64,000 nucleotides of DNA from the NCBI RefSeq assembly GCF_009914755.1, contig NC_060927.1. The stretch is one strand, 5' to 3'. Shown here piece after piece: positions 48,380 to 60,763 of the stretch. The DNA is from the human T2T-CHM13v2.0 reference genome, Homo sapiens. Every line of letters begins with the position of its first letter. Position 1 is the stretch's first letter. A program made the position numbers and the translations under genes. The notes beneath the pieces were generated by a model. That model ran no database searches, had not been told where the DNA came from, and saw nothing but the letters and a program-made list of their open reading frames with translations.

Positions 48380-48526
48380 CTAAATGTGTTAGGTTGATGC
48401 AAAAGTCATTGCGGTTTTTGTCATTAATATTTGCCTGCACCTTGTCTAATGTTTAATCCATGTTTATCCAGCACTGTATTGATTACTGGTCTGACTGAGG
48501 TGACAGGGCAGCAGGAGCCTTAGAGC
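48380..48526 (+). promoter_or_regulatory. ITIH1: ITIH1 proximal promoter with liver-type motifs
   Basis: HNF1-like CTAATGTTTAAT (48446-48457); FOXA-like TATTTGC (48428) and TGTTTAT (48461); no CpG island. Confidence 0.6.
48389..48426 (+). mobile_element. Half MADE1 / Hsmar1 terminal inverted repeat
   Basis: TTAGGTTGATGCAAAAGTCATTGCGGTTTTTGTCATTA vs consensus TTAGGTTGGTGCAAAAGTAATTGCGGTTTTTGCCATTA (3 mismatches in 38). Confidence 0.85.
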
Positions 48527-48643
48527 ATGGACGGTGCCATGGGGCCTCGGGGGCTGCTGTTGTGCATGTACCTGGTATCTCTCCTCATCCTGCAGGCCAT
48601 GCCTGCCCTGGGCTCGGCTACAGGCAGGTCCAAGAGCAGCGAG
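48527..48643 (+). CDS. ITIH1: ITIH1 exon 1 (signal peptide)
   Basis: MDGAMGPRGLLLCMYLVSLLILQAMPALGSATGRSKSSE; donor GAG|GTATAT. Confidence 0.96.
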
Positions 48644-48907
48644 GTATATGGCTAAGCCCACAGGGCAGAAATAGGCAGCTGAACCTGGATGAGGCCCCGG
48701 GCGGGACACAAGACCCCCATTCAAGGGGCCAGGGTCACCCCCACCACCTCCACCACTTCTGAGTGGAGAGGTGACCTCCCAGCACCACCAAGGAGGTGAA
48801 GCTAAGGGGCAGAGGACACAGGCTGTGTTCCACTCCCATCCCTGAACTGGCAGGCCGGTGGTCCCCTGAGTTTTCCTCTCACACTTGACCCTGATTTTGT
48901 TTTGCAG

Positions 48908-48928
48908 AAGCGACAGGCTGTGGACACC
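48908..48928 (+). CDS. ITIH1: ITIH1 exon 2 (21-nt microexon)
   Basis: KRQAVDT; TTGCAG acceptor, GTGAGT donor. Confidence 0.93.
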
Positions 48929-49250
48929 GTGAGTAAGAGTCCTGGCAAAGGGGTCTGTGACAGAGCCCTTTTTACAGGCTTGCTTTCCCCAACCTGTCAG
49001 GGGTGGACCCCTCTATCAGGGCCATAGGCATGGGGTACTCTCCAGGGTCCTAGAAATGGGGACTTGTTCCCATCTCACCTCATATCCCACAGCACGGTCT
49101 CAGCCAGAGAGCAGGGGTCTTCCTGCGGTCTGTTCTTCCTGCATCTGGGCACCATGCACTGGGGCTAAGTGCCAAGTCCCCGTACCACAGGAAGTCCCTC
49201 GCTGACAGAGGCCCTGTCTCAGGCCACAGCTCCTTCATGTCTCACTTTAG

Positions 49251-49417
49251 GCTGTCGATGGCGTGTTCATCCGGAGTTTGAAAGTCAACTGCAAAGTCAC
49301 CTCTCGCTTCGCCCACTATGTTGTCACCAGCCAAGTGGTCAACACTGCCAATGAAGCCAGGGAAGTGGCCTTCGACCTGGAAATCCCCAAGACAGCATTC
49401 ATCAGTGACTTTGCCGT
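49251..49417 (+). CDS. ITIH1: ITIH1 exon 3
   Basis: [22 protein letters not shown]...ISDFA (VIT domain). Confidence 0.96.
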
Positions 49418-49852
49418 GTGCGTGCCTGCCCAACTCCCATGCCTTCTCCCAGGGGTGCCGCTTACTAGTCCCAGCTTAAGAACAAGGATCGGAGTGGCCA
49501 GATAACGCAGAGCATCTCCTCATTCTAGAAGGGCCACAGACCAGCCCTGGCTTTGAGGGGAGGAAGAAGCCCTTTAGGTCTGTGCTTGGCTCCCATCTTG
49601 GAGGCAAACTGGGACCCATCACAGCATGTTTCAGGCTAGAACCCAAGGAGCCAAGGCCAGAGTCTGAGGCTTCTTGCTGGCCTCTGACCTGGGCTGCTCA
49701 CCTCATTGCCCATGGACCCCTGAGTTCCACCATGGGCAGTGGAAGGCTCGTCAGGAGACGTCCTTATCCAAGGGCTCACATGGACAGGCCCTCTCAGGAC
49801 CTGTGTGGTCAGGAGGCTCATCTTTCCTGAGGGTGTCCTTCCCTCCCTGCAG

Positions 49853-49957
49853 TACAGCAGATGGAAACGCATTTATCGGAGACATAAAGGACAAGGTGAC
49901 TGCATGGAAGCAGTACCGGAAAGCAGCTATCTCAGGAGAGAATGCCGGCCTTGTCAG
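49853..49957 (+). CDS. ITIH1: ITIH1 exon 4
   Basis: [10 protein letters not shown]...NAGLV. Confidence 0.96.
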
Positions 49958-50342
49958 GTGAGTTCTGGGCCTGCTGGTCTCATCTCTAGGGCTGCCCTCC
50001 CCAGCCAGGACAGGTCTGATGGCTGCAAGGTGGCTTTAGTGGAGAACAGCCCAGGATGATGGAAGGGTAAGCAAACTGCCCAAACCCAGATGCCAGCACG
50101 GTGCACTGAACAGGCTGCCGTGCAGTTGCCCTTTTCCCAGATATGCCACTGGGAGAAGTGGGCCCCCGCCATCTTGGGCCCTGACCCTGACCAGCCAGCT
50201 AACACATTTGTGAGGTCCAGGGAAACCTGGGAGCAACACTCATCTAAGAGAAATAAATTCTGTGGGCCACATGTTAGGTGACAAGGACCCAAATGTCATT
50301 TACCCTCTGTCTGTCTGCTGTTGCCTCTGGTGGCACATCCAG

Positions 50343-50505
50343 GGCCTCGGGGAGAACTATGGAGCAATTCACCATCCACCTCACCGTCAATCCCCAGAGC
50401 AAGGTCACGTTTCAGCTGACTTATGAGGAAGTGCTGAAGAGAAACCATATGCAGTATGAAATTGTCATCAAAGTCAAGCCCAAGCAGCTGGTGCATCATT
50501 TTGAG
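50343..50505 (+). CDS. ITIH1: ITIH1 exon 5
   Basis: ASGRTMEQF...LVHHFE. Confidence 0.96.
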
Positions 50506-51179
50506 GTAGATCACAGGTCCCGGGGCAGGGGTCCTGCCCCTCTCTCCGTCACCATGGCTCCCAACACTGGTTGAGCACCCACCATGTGTCACCACCCAGG
50601 CCTGAGAACACAGGGATGGGGACTAACCCCTCAGGGTGAGCTCTGATGTGCTCTTCTTGGGCAGGGAACTCCCTGAATTCTCTAACTTCCTCTTTATCTC
50701 TGAGCTTCGGTTTGCTCATCTGCTAGACGGGGGGTTTCTGTGAGTCCCAGGACCGCCACAGGGATCACGAGAAGTACTGAATGTCCAGGTAATTTTGTAA
50801 ACTAGAAAGTCCCGCGCAGCCTGAGGGCCTGGAATTATTGCTGGCACCTAAGTGGTGGCTGAGTTGAGGGATGCAGGCATGTACACCTTCATTTGGTCAG
50901 TATTTTTGGAGTGCCTACTGAGTACCAGGCCCTGTGATCAGGGCTGGGTGGGTGCTGCACACAGTAGGTGGCCAGGACACATGCTGGCTCTTGGCTGAGA
51001 CTTGGTGAGTGGGAGCCCTGGTAGAGAATTTGCTTCAGTGTGGTGTGAGCCTATAATCCCAGCTACGTGGGAGGCTGAGGCAGGAGGACGGCTTGAGCCC
51101 AGGAGTTTGAGGCCAGCCTGGGCAACAAAGCAAGATCCCATCTTTTTTTTTAAAAAAATAATTTGCTTCAATGTTGCAG

Positions 51180-51293
51180 ATTGATGTGGACATCTTCGAG
51201 CCCCAGGGGATCAGCAAGCTGGATGCCCAGGCCTCTTTCCTGCCGAAGGAACTGGCAGCCCAAACTATCAAGAAGTCCTTCTCAGGAAAAAAG
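51180..51293 (+). CDS. ITIH1: ITIH1 exon 6
   Basis: [10 protein letters not shown]...SFSGKK. Confidence 0.96.
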
Positions 51294-52056
51294 GTACATG
51301 GGATAGCAAGGGGGTGGTGGTGGGCCCTTTGGAGACTTCTCAGCCTGCCCACCCCTTATGGAATGTCCAGCCTTAGCCCAGAAACCAGGCAGGGGCTGTG
51401 GTCTGCCCTCAGGATGAGAGAAGCTGGTGTCATGTGATTGGTGCCTAGGAGAACTCAGCTATCCTGGTTCTCAGAGCAATTTAGCAAAAGCCTGCATGCT
51501 GAGGTGGGGAAGGAGCCAGCTCCAGCTCCACCACACACGGGCTGCATGGTCCAGGGTGAGTTGCTGGCTTGCTTGAGCCTCAGTGCCCTCTTTGCCCGCC
51601 TCACGCCCATGGGAGAGCATTCAGGGAAATATCCAGCACATAAGTAAACCTCATATGCTGGTGTGGTTAGGACTCCAAGCTTCAGGTTTCTTGGAAACAT
51701 AAGTTTGGAAAGACCTTTGGCCTACCCAACGACTTGTCGCTTGCCACTATTTGCAGGAATCCCAGAAGCCCCTGGCTCACCCCCACCCCAGGTTCCTGGA
51801 GGAGTGTGGTGTATGGATGGGCAATGCCCTGCTTCCTGACTTGCCCCCAACCCGAGCCAGGAACAAATCCTTTAGTTCCCACTTATGTAGAGCCTGCACC
51901 ACAATTCATTTAAAAGAAGTGCTTCTTACAGTTTAGAGGGGTTTCCTTTTAAACTAAATATGACACCTCAAGAGTGTTAGCAAACATGCTTGCTTTCTGT
52001 GGGGGAACAAAGGGATGGGTCCTTGTCTTCCCAAGACTTTTTCAAGGTTCTATTTT

Positions 52057-52172
52057 ATCCTCCATCCTTTCTCTCCTCTTCCTCCTCCTCCTTCACCTCC
52101 TCCTCTTCTTTTTTTTTTTTTTCTTCTTCTTCTTCTTCTTCTTCTTCTTCTTCTTCTTCTTCTTCTTCTTCT

Positions 52173-52207
<35 letters not shown>

Positions 52208-52308
52208 TTCTGCTTCTTCTTCTCCTTCTCCTTCTTCTTCTTCTATCTTCTCTTCTTCTTCCTCTTCTTTTCTGCTGCTTCTTCTTCCTTTTGCTTCTGC
52301 TTCTTTTT
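52057..52308 (+). repeat. Polypyrimidine tract with pure (TTC)25 at 52121-52195
   Basis: Direct reading; ITIH1 intron 6. Confidence 0.97.
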
Positions 52309-52848
52309 GATGAGCCTACCTTACTTTTATAACAAACAAAAATTTCTTTATAGAAAAATATATGAAGTCCAGGAATATAGAAAGTATTGAATAAAAACCA
52401 TCACTAGCTTCCCCAAGCACATCACCAACTCCAACCAGACCTCAGCTTCCATTCTGCACCCTTCCTTCCAGTCTTTGTTCTTTGTCAACCTGGGCAGCTT
52501 TTATTTCTCACCACAGTATTGTAGTGCTGCTTTTTCACTCAACAGTTTGAGTTGTCAGATGTATCACATTGCTATTATTTTGTTATTATTTATATACCCA
52601 AAGTGATGATGTTCATTGTAGAAAATCCCAATGATTCAGAAGCATATAAGCAAGGGAATGGGTCATCTCTCCCACCACCTACAGGTGTGTGCTCTCAGCA
52701 GCTAGGTGAGTGAGTGGCCCACCGAACTCGTTTCTCTGTCCGTGCAAACACACACACACACACACGCATGCCTTCTTATGTTGTCTTTGCAAACATCTTG
52801 TTTGTGGTTACACAGACCAGTAATGGCTCACACTCTCGACGGTTCCAG

Positions 52849-52974
52849 GGTCATGTGCTGTTCCGTCCCACCGTGAGCCAGCAGCAGTCCTGCCCCACAT
52901 GCTCTACATCCTTACTGAACGGGCACTTCAAGGTGACCTACGATGTCAGTCGAGACAAGATCTGCGACCTCCTG
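52849..52974 (+). CDS. ITIH1: ITIH1 exon 7
   Basis: [18 protein letters not shown]...ICDLL. Confidence 0.96.
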
Positions 52975-53059
52975 GTGAGCCCTGAGCTTCTGGCTCAGCA
53001 CCCAGAGGATGGGCAAGGGGTGCTGTGAGAGTGGCCTCACTCGTTCTCCTCTATTTCAG

Positions 53060-53176
53060 GTGGCCAATAACCACTTTGCCCACTTCTTTGCCCCCCAAAA
53101 CCTGACAAACATGAACAAGAACGTGGTTTTTGTGATTGACATCAGTGGCTCCATGAGAGGCCAGAAAGTGAAGCAG
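53060..53176 (+). CDS. ITIH1: ITIH1 exon 8
   Basis: [12 protein letters not shown]...[17 protein letters not shown] (MIDAS DxSxS). Confidence 0.97.
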
Positions 53177-53865
53177 GTAGGCTGCAGCTTGAAACAGCTC
53201 ACCCAGCAGAAGCTTCCACAGCCCCATCACTCACCACATGCCAGTTTTGCTGCCAGAGTCTGGTTTGGGATTTATCCTCCTGGTCAGAGGCAGAGTGATT
53301 TAACAGGAAATCCCAGTGGTTAGCATCTCTGGAATCAGCATCGCTTCCTCACTGTGCAGTCGTGAGGAAGTGCATTCACCTCTCCTCAATGGCAAAAAAT
53401 GGGAATGACAATGGTGTCTGCAGGGTCATGGAGTTACCCCCTGGGGGAAGTGCTTAGAAGAGGAAACCTGTGCACTACAATTACGGTGGTCCGTGGGGAG
53501 GCATCTTATAGCAGGGAATAGCTCTCCGCCCACAGGGTTTGGAGTGCCCTGTCCATGGTGCAGTGTAGACATGGCTGGACAAGGAGTATTCTAGAAGCAC
53601 AGCTCCTGGGGTCCTTTCTCTTAATCCTGCCCCTCCCGAACTCCTGATTATTTCTTTTCCCCATGGTGGGTTCCTTTGCCTTCTCCACCTCCCTCATCCA
53701 CCCCAAGGCCCGGCAGGATGCTCCTGTCTCGGGGCCACCTGGTTGTCCTATCTCCTCCTGCTTGTCCACCCTGTGGATCTCTGAAATGGGTATTTGGAGT
53801 TGGAAGGTGCTGTCCTGGGGCCACCCTGGGGCCCTGTCTGTCTACTGACTGTTCTGTCCTTGCAG

Positions 53866-54034
53866 ACCAAGGAGGCACTCCTTAAAATTCTGGGGGACAT
53901 GCAGCCAGGGGACTACTTTGACCTGGTTCTTTTTGGGACTCGAGTACAATCGTGGAAGGGCTCGCTGGTGCAAGCATCTGAGGCCAACCTACAAGCAGCT
54001 CAAGACTTTGTGCGGGGCTTTTCCCTGGATGAGG
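53866..54034 (+). CDS. ITIH1: ITIH1 exon 9
   Basis: [11 protein letters not shown]...GFSLDE. Confidence 0.96.
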
Positions 54035-54122
54035 GTAAGGGTGGGGGTCTCAGGCAACCTTGATGTCACCTCTGTCCCCTCAGAATGAGGGCATACACTG
54101 GTCTGCTTTCTCTTCCTTGCAG

Positions 54123-54248
54123 CCACAAACCTGAATGGAGGTTTGCTCCGGGGAATTGAGATCTTGAACCAAGTTCAGGAAAGCCTCCCAGAACTCAGCA
54201 ACCATGCCTCAATACTCATCATGTTGACAGATGGCGATCCCACAGAGG
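54123..54248 (+). CDS. ITIH1: ITIH1 exon 10
   Basis: [10 protein letters not shown]...MLTDGDPTE. Confidence 0.96.
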
Positions 54249-54529
54249 GTAAGCACCTTGGGGGCTGCCTTGGGAGGTAGTGATCTCCTTGTCACCCGAG
54301 ACATGCAAGCTGAAGTTGGAAACCCAACCATTGGAGATGCCATCAGGGGGCAGAAAAGCTCAGGGCAAAATCAAGCACTGGTCTAAAAACACAGCTCAGA
54401 CCACAAAGTCTGAGGGAGCTCTATGGTGTACCTCTGTCCTGTGAGTTGAGAAATTGGAGATGTTTCTAAATGACACAGGTCTGTACGAGTCCCTGGAAGA
54501 TGGGCAAGATTCCATGCTTCTGTTCACAG

Positions 54530-55010
54530 TTTAATGAACTATTTATTTATCACCTACTGTATGCTAAGCAAGGGGCTAGGGACTGAAATACCAAGGGAAC
54601 AAGACATATTTCTGCCCTCAAAGAGCCCGGGACCTACTGGGGGAAGCAGATCCAGGAGTAGATACTGAGGGCCCTGAAAGAACAGGGTGCTTGAGGCTGT
54701 GGAACCATAGACAAAGGACACCTGACCCAGGGGGATGTCCGGGAAGGCCTCCTGGAGGAGGTGACTCCTGAGCTCAGTCTAGAAAGAGGGGAGAGTGGCA
54801 GGAAGGGATCCCAGGCAGAAGAGGCAGCTTAAGTCATAAAAAGGGTGTGTGCACTGGCAGGGCCTGCCCGGGAACTGTGGGCATGTGCAGAATGGGGTAA
54901 AACAAGCGTGGGAAGGTCAGCAGGGTCTCGCAGTCCATGGCAAAGGAGCCATGGCAGGATTTCGAGCAGAATCAGACCTGCTGGTGATGGACCCACCTAG
55001 ATGGGCGGGG
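54530..55010 (-). mobile_element. L2 fragment
   Basis: ATTTATT...CACCTACTGTATGC...GGAAGGCCTCCTGGAGGAGGTGAC L2 3' motifs. Confidence 0.65.
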
Positions 55011-55204
55011 TCTGTGAGGAGCTGTTGATAGCTGCTGCAGTCTCCCAGGAGAGCCAGGAGGACGCGATGCCTCAGGATGCCCAGGAGCCTGGAGATGCTC
55101 TGAGATGGAAGGCTTGAGCCCCAGGGAGTGTTCCCCAGAGCCCCCTCGTGCCCCACATGCCTGTGGGCCAGCATCCCGTCACTACCCAGGTGTGTGGCTT
55201 GCAG

Positions 55205-55386
55205 GGGTGACGGACCGTTCCCAAATCCTCAAGAACGTCCGCAACGCCATCCGGGGCAGGTTCCCGCTCTACAACCTGGGTTTCGGCCACAATGTGGACT
55301 TTAACTTTCTGGAGGTCATGTCCATGGAGAACAACGGACGGGCCCAGAGAATCTACGAGGACCATGATGCCACCCAGCAGCTGCAG
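55205..55386 (+). CDS. ITIH1: ITIH1 exon 11
   Basis: [11 protein letters not shown]...DATQQLQ. Confidence 0.96.
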
Positions 55387-55530
55387 GTCTCCCCTCACAA
55401 CCCCCTGTACCTCCAATGGCATGCCATAGGGAGCCCTGCCTTGGTGGCCGTTTGCCCATCAGCCTAGAGGAGCAGATAAAGCTCTGGCATAGAGTTCAAA
55501 TCAGCTGCATGGGCCAGGCATGGTGGCTCA

Positions 55531-55800
<270 letters not shown>

Positions 55801-55952
55801 TCAGCAGCATGACCTCGAGCCAGCTACTTGACCTCTCGGACCCTCAAATTCCTTCTCTAACTTGGGAATTCCCAACACTCCACTTTGTGGGCAGGCTTCC
55901 CATTAGGAGCCCAGGGTGCTCAGCTCTAAGGCTGCAACCTCTATCCCTGCAG

Positions 55953-56138
55953 GGTTTCTACAGCCAGGTAGCCAAACCCCTGCTGGTGGATGTGGATTTG
56001 CAGTACCCCCAGGATGCTGTCTTGGCCCTGACCCAGAACCACCATAAACAGTACTACGAAGGCTCAGAGATTGTGGTGGCCGGGCGCATTGCTGACAACA
56101 AACAGAGCAGCTTCAAGGCTGATGTGCAGGCCCATGGG
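55953..56138 (+). CDS. ITIH1: ITIH1 exon 12
   Basis: [11 protein letters not shown]...DVQAHG. Confidence 0.96.
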
Positions 56139-57203
56139 GTAAATGGTGGGCCATGGAGGGTGGAGAGGCCAGGCAGCACCCTAGAGGCTCCAAACCCACA
56201 CTGTTCCCCATTCCTGCCATCCCCCAGAGGCCTCTCTTTCCCCAGAGTAGTACCCTCATCCCCACCATGCCACATACACCCCAGGCCTGAACATCCCTCC
56301 ACACAGGCATCCTGGGGGCTGGATTGGCTGGAATGGGGCCAATATGGCCTTTATCAGTTGCAGTCCCTCGGCCCCCAGTGACCAATTGTTATTTTTCGCA
56401 TCATTCATCCCAAGGTGCAAGAGAGCAAGAGACCAACCTCTCCCTTCTCATTTGATAACCATTTCCTGAACACCTACTGTGTGCCAGGCTTTGTGCCATG
56501 GTGCAGTGCATGCATGTATGTGCACCTGTGTGTGGTGGGGACAGGCATGTGAGACCTGGATCCTGCCCTCCAGGACACAGACAACGCCCTAAGTGTGGTC
56601 GAAGGTTCAGAACTCAGGCTTTGAGTAAGGAGAGTTGAGCTGGACCTTGGCTCCATCCTGACCAGCTGGGCATCCTTGGGCAAGGGGTCCAGTTCCCTAG
56701 GCCTCAGTTTCCTTTTCTGTACCATACTGCATCAGAGCATTGTGTGGAGTAAATGGAATAATCCATATAATACCCGTAGGCAGCAGCTGGTGCATAGGAT
56801 GCCCTTGGGAAGTGGTGCCCCGGTTAATGTAGCTGGATGGAGGAGGCACATTTGTGTGCCGTGGCAAGTTGAATGGTGCAGCCCACCTAGAATTTGGTGG
56901 GCATTTGGAGTGGGTCATAGTGGAAACAGCCGGGTGCTTATTGGCCTCCCCTAGAGAAACTCCACAAGGCAGGGCCTGGTTCTCCCATTCCATGGGATCC
57001 CTAGGGTCCAGGCCAAGCCTGGCTTGCAGAGGGTGCTTGGCAAGAATCAACGAATAGGATGAGGCGAACAGGCTCAGGGAAGCAGGTGATGCTGAGGACG
57101 AAGCTGCAGATACCAGACGAAATGGGCCCCTCAGAGCCCCTAGCACCAGCCAGGGGCCGTGCTTATCATGGTGCACCACCCCTCTCTGTACCTCAACTCT
57201 CAG

Positions 57204-57343
57204 GAGGGACAAGAATTCAGTATAACCTGCCTAGTGGATGAGGAGGAGATGAAGAAACTGCTCCGAGAGCGTGGCCACATGCTGGAGAACCACGTCGAGC
57301 GCCTCTGGGCCTACCTCACCATCCAGGAGCTGCTGGCCAAGCG
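57204..57343 (+). CDS. ITIH1: ITIH1 exon 13
   Basis: EGQEFSITC...[15 protein letters not shown]. Confidence 0.96.
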
Positions 57344-57748
57344 GTAGGGCACCTGCAGCTGCCCCAGGTGGGCACTGCCCACCCCAGAGTCCCCCCACCC
57401 CTTGGAGGTGAGCAGAGGAGGGGTGGTTCTGGGGCAAGTAGGTCAGATTTACTTTCCTCTTCTGCTTTGCTCACTGAGTTAATATCAACCAGTCAGTCAA
57501 CAGTCCGGGCAGGCCCACCAGGGCACAAGGCAGCCTGCTATTTACCCACACTCAGCACACAGAGGCTCAGCGAGGTTAGACCTCTTGACCCAGATCTCAC
57601 AGCTGTTAACGTCTCTGCGTATCTCTGAGGCATGCCCCTCAACCCCACCGAATCTCCAAGTGATCTCTGTAAGAGATCATTAAACCTGGAGGCCCCTGAG
57701 GATGTAGCCACTGCATAGGACACCATGGGGGCTTAATACTTATGTGTC

Positions 57749-57790
57749 GAATGAATGAATGAATGAATGAATGAATGAATAAGTGAATGG
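57749..57790 (+). repeat. (GAAT)n tetranucleotide repeat, probably an L2 tail
   Basis: Direct reading. Confidence 0.85.
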
Positions 57791-57853
57791 ATAGGTGAAA
57801 GGATGAGGGCCGTGCAAGTCGGGGCTTGGAGCCAGCCTCTGTCTTGAATGCAG

Positions 57854-58008
57854 GATGAAGGTGGACAGGGAGGAGAGGGCCAACCTGTCATCCCAGGCCC
57901 TGCAGATGTCGCTGGACTATGGGTTTGTGACCCCACTGACCTCCATGAGCATCAGGGGCATGGCGGACCAGGACGGCCTGAAGCCCACCATCGACAAGCC
58001 CTCAGAGG
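57854..58008 (+). CDS. ITIH1: ITIH1 exon 14
   Basis: [10 protein letters not shown]...[10 protein letters not shown]...DKPSE. Confidence 0.96.
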
Positions 58009-58096
58009 GTATAGGCTGCAGGGGTCTACAGAAGGGAGAGGCCATGGGCCAAAAACCTCTGGGGCTCTAATTATTTTCTCTTTCTCTCCCTTCCAG

Positions 58097-58111
58097 ATTC
58101 TCCGCCTTTGG
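58097..58111 (+). CDS. ITIH1: ITIH1 exon 15 (15-nt microexon)
   Basis: DSPPL; long pyrimidine tract + CAG, donor GTGAGT; phase 1-1. Confidence 0.9.
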
Positions 58112-58500
58112 GTGAGTTTTAAATTGCATTAGTTTCAGTTCTGGGCTTCGGTAGCTGGGCAGGTGGCAGGTGCTCCAGCCCCAGGCTCGCAGCTCCCCAT
58201 CCCCATTCTTCCCTGACTCCACTCCTTCCCGTTCTTCCGTCCCCTGAGCCGCCCTTCTCCACATCACCGCGAACTCCCTGCTGCGCTTTGTGAGCTTTTG
58301 TGCAGGCTGAACCCCCAGCAGCCTCCACTGGTCCCCTCTTGGTGTGAGTGTATGTCTGTGAGGAGGCAGGACCCCAGGGGAGGGCTGAGACCCCCAGAGG
58401 GACGGCTGGGCCCAGGCCTGTTGTGGACAGAGCTGCATGCCTTTCGTGTGGGGCACCGTGGGTGACACTGTCTTCGATAATATGTCCTTGTCTTCTACAG

Positions 58501-58521
58501 AGATGCTGGGACCCAGAAGGA
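58501..58521 (+). CDS. ITIH1: ITIH1 exon 16 (21-nt microexon)
   Basis: EMLGPRR; CTACAG acceptor, GTAAGT donor; phase 1-1. Confidence 0.9.
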
Positions 58522-58894
58522 GTAAGTGGCAGCCATCCTGGCCATTCACATCTCTACCCCTCCTTGATGATCACCCCGTTGGCTTTCTTCCTCCGTTCTA
58601 GCTGTCTTCACTGCTTGTCACTGGGAATCTTTAGAACAGACCTCTGAACAGCCTGGCCTCCCCAGCCTGAGGTCCCTGGGGGAGGAGACAGAGAGGGGGC
58701 CAGCTAAACATGCCAGGCCAAGCTTCTGTCCCCGTGTCCTGGGAGCCAATCAAGGGCATGTGATGTTGAGTGGACATCCCTGCTTGGTGGCCTCAGGCCA
58801 GCCCCACCAGTGAGGAAAGAGTCATCAGAGGGATCAGCAGCTCCAGGGAAGGCCTGGCTGCCCCGCTTCTAAATGCCACTCCCCCTCCCATCAG

Positions 58895-58975
58895 CGTTCG
58901 TGCTGTCAGCCTTGCAGCCTTCTCCTACTCATTCCAGCTCCAATACCCAGCGGCTGCCAGACCGAGTGACCGGCG
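58895..58975 (+). CDS. ITIH1: ITIH1 exon 17
   Basis: FVLSALQPSPTHSSSNTQRLPDRVTG. Confidence 0.95.
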
Positions 58976-59140
58976 GTGAGTCCTTGGAAGGGTCTGAGGG
59001 ACACCCCTGTTTGGGACCCACCCTATCTGGCTGTCTCTCTCTCTCTGTCTCTCTCTGGGACCTGCCTAGCTGAACCCCAACCCCTGGCCAGCCCCATCTG
59101 CCCGATGTCCAATCTAACGAATTCCATGCTGTGCCCCCAG

Positions 59141-59773
<633 letters not shown>

Positions 59774-60561
59774 TAATGCTCTTCCGTTGCCGCCTTGAAA
59801 CCCTTAACACTTTCTAAACAAGGGGCCCTTCCTTTTTATTTCATACTAGGTCCTGCAAATATGTCACAGTCCTGCCCCACCTTCCCCATGAAGCATGGCT
59901 GAGCAGAGCACCTCTCTCCCAGCAGTGCCTTGGTTATGGGGAACAGCTCCCTCTCCTTCTCTCACCCCTGCTCCCTCCTGTCTCCTTCCCTCCCTGTCCA
60001 GTTAGTCCATCTGCAAGTGTTTGTTGTGCACCAACGAGGGGCTGGGAATGCAGTGGGAGCCAAGATAGTCCCGCTTTCATAGAGTTTAGGGAAGGGGAAG
60101 ACAAACAGGTGAACATTCTGAGATGATCATTTCAGAGCATGAGACGTGCTGGGTTGGCAGCGTGAGGGTGGGAAGGGGGCTTTGTGGCTGCCCAGGTCAG
60201 CGGAGACCTCTGTGAAGAGGTCCCACAATGCATTTCCAGCACAATGGGAGCCTGTCCCTGTGTGAGGGGCTGGGGCCACAGAGAAGGAGCAGGCTAGGTC
60301 CTGTTCTCGGGGAGGCACGACCTCCGTTAGGACCCAGAACTGAGAGCTGAGTATGGGATATTTGGCATGGCAGGAGGGGTGGAGAGGAAGGAGAGGTGGT
60401 GCTGTGTGCGGGACCAGACCTGGAGACCCTGAGGCAGGAGACTCTCAAAGACAGAGTGGCACAGGCAGGGCGTAGAGGCCTCTTAGGAAGGAGGCATGAT
60501 CCTGCTAAGCAAAGGCAGGCAGGCCCCTTCCCAACCCGGATGCCCTCTTGCTCCATTGCAG

Positions 60562-60763
60562 GCTTCTCAGTGAATGGACAGCTCATTGGCAACAAGGCCA
60601 GGAGCCCTGGGCAGCATGACGGCACGTACTTCGGGCGGCTGGGAATCGCAAACCCTGCCACGGACTTTCAGTTGGAAGTGACTCCTCAGAACATTACGCT
60701 GAACCCCGGCTTTGGTGGGCCTGTGTTTTCCTGGAGGGACCAAGCTGTGCTGCGGCAGGACGG
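60562..60763 (+). CDS. ITIH1: ITIH1 exon 19
   Basis: [11 protein letters not shown]...AVLRQD. Confidence 0.96.

Noticed and set aside
51974-52390. Poly-Phe, poly-Ser and poly-Leu ORFs
   Set aside because: Artefact of the TTC repeat, which has no stops in any + frame.
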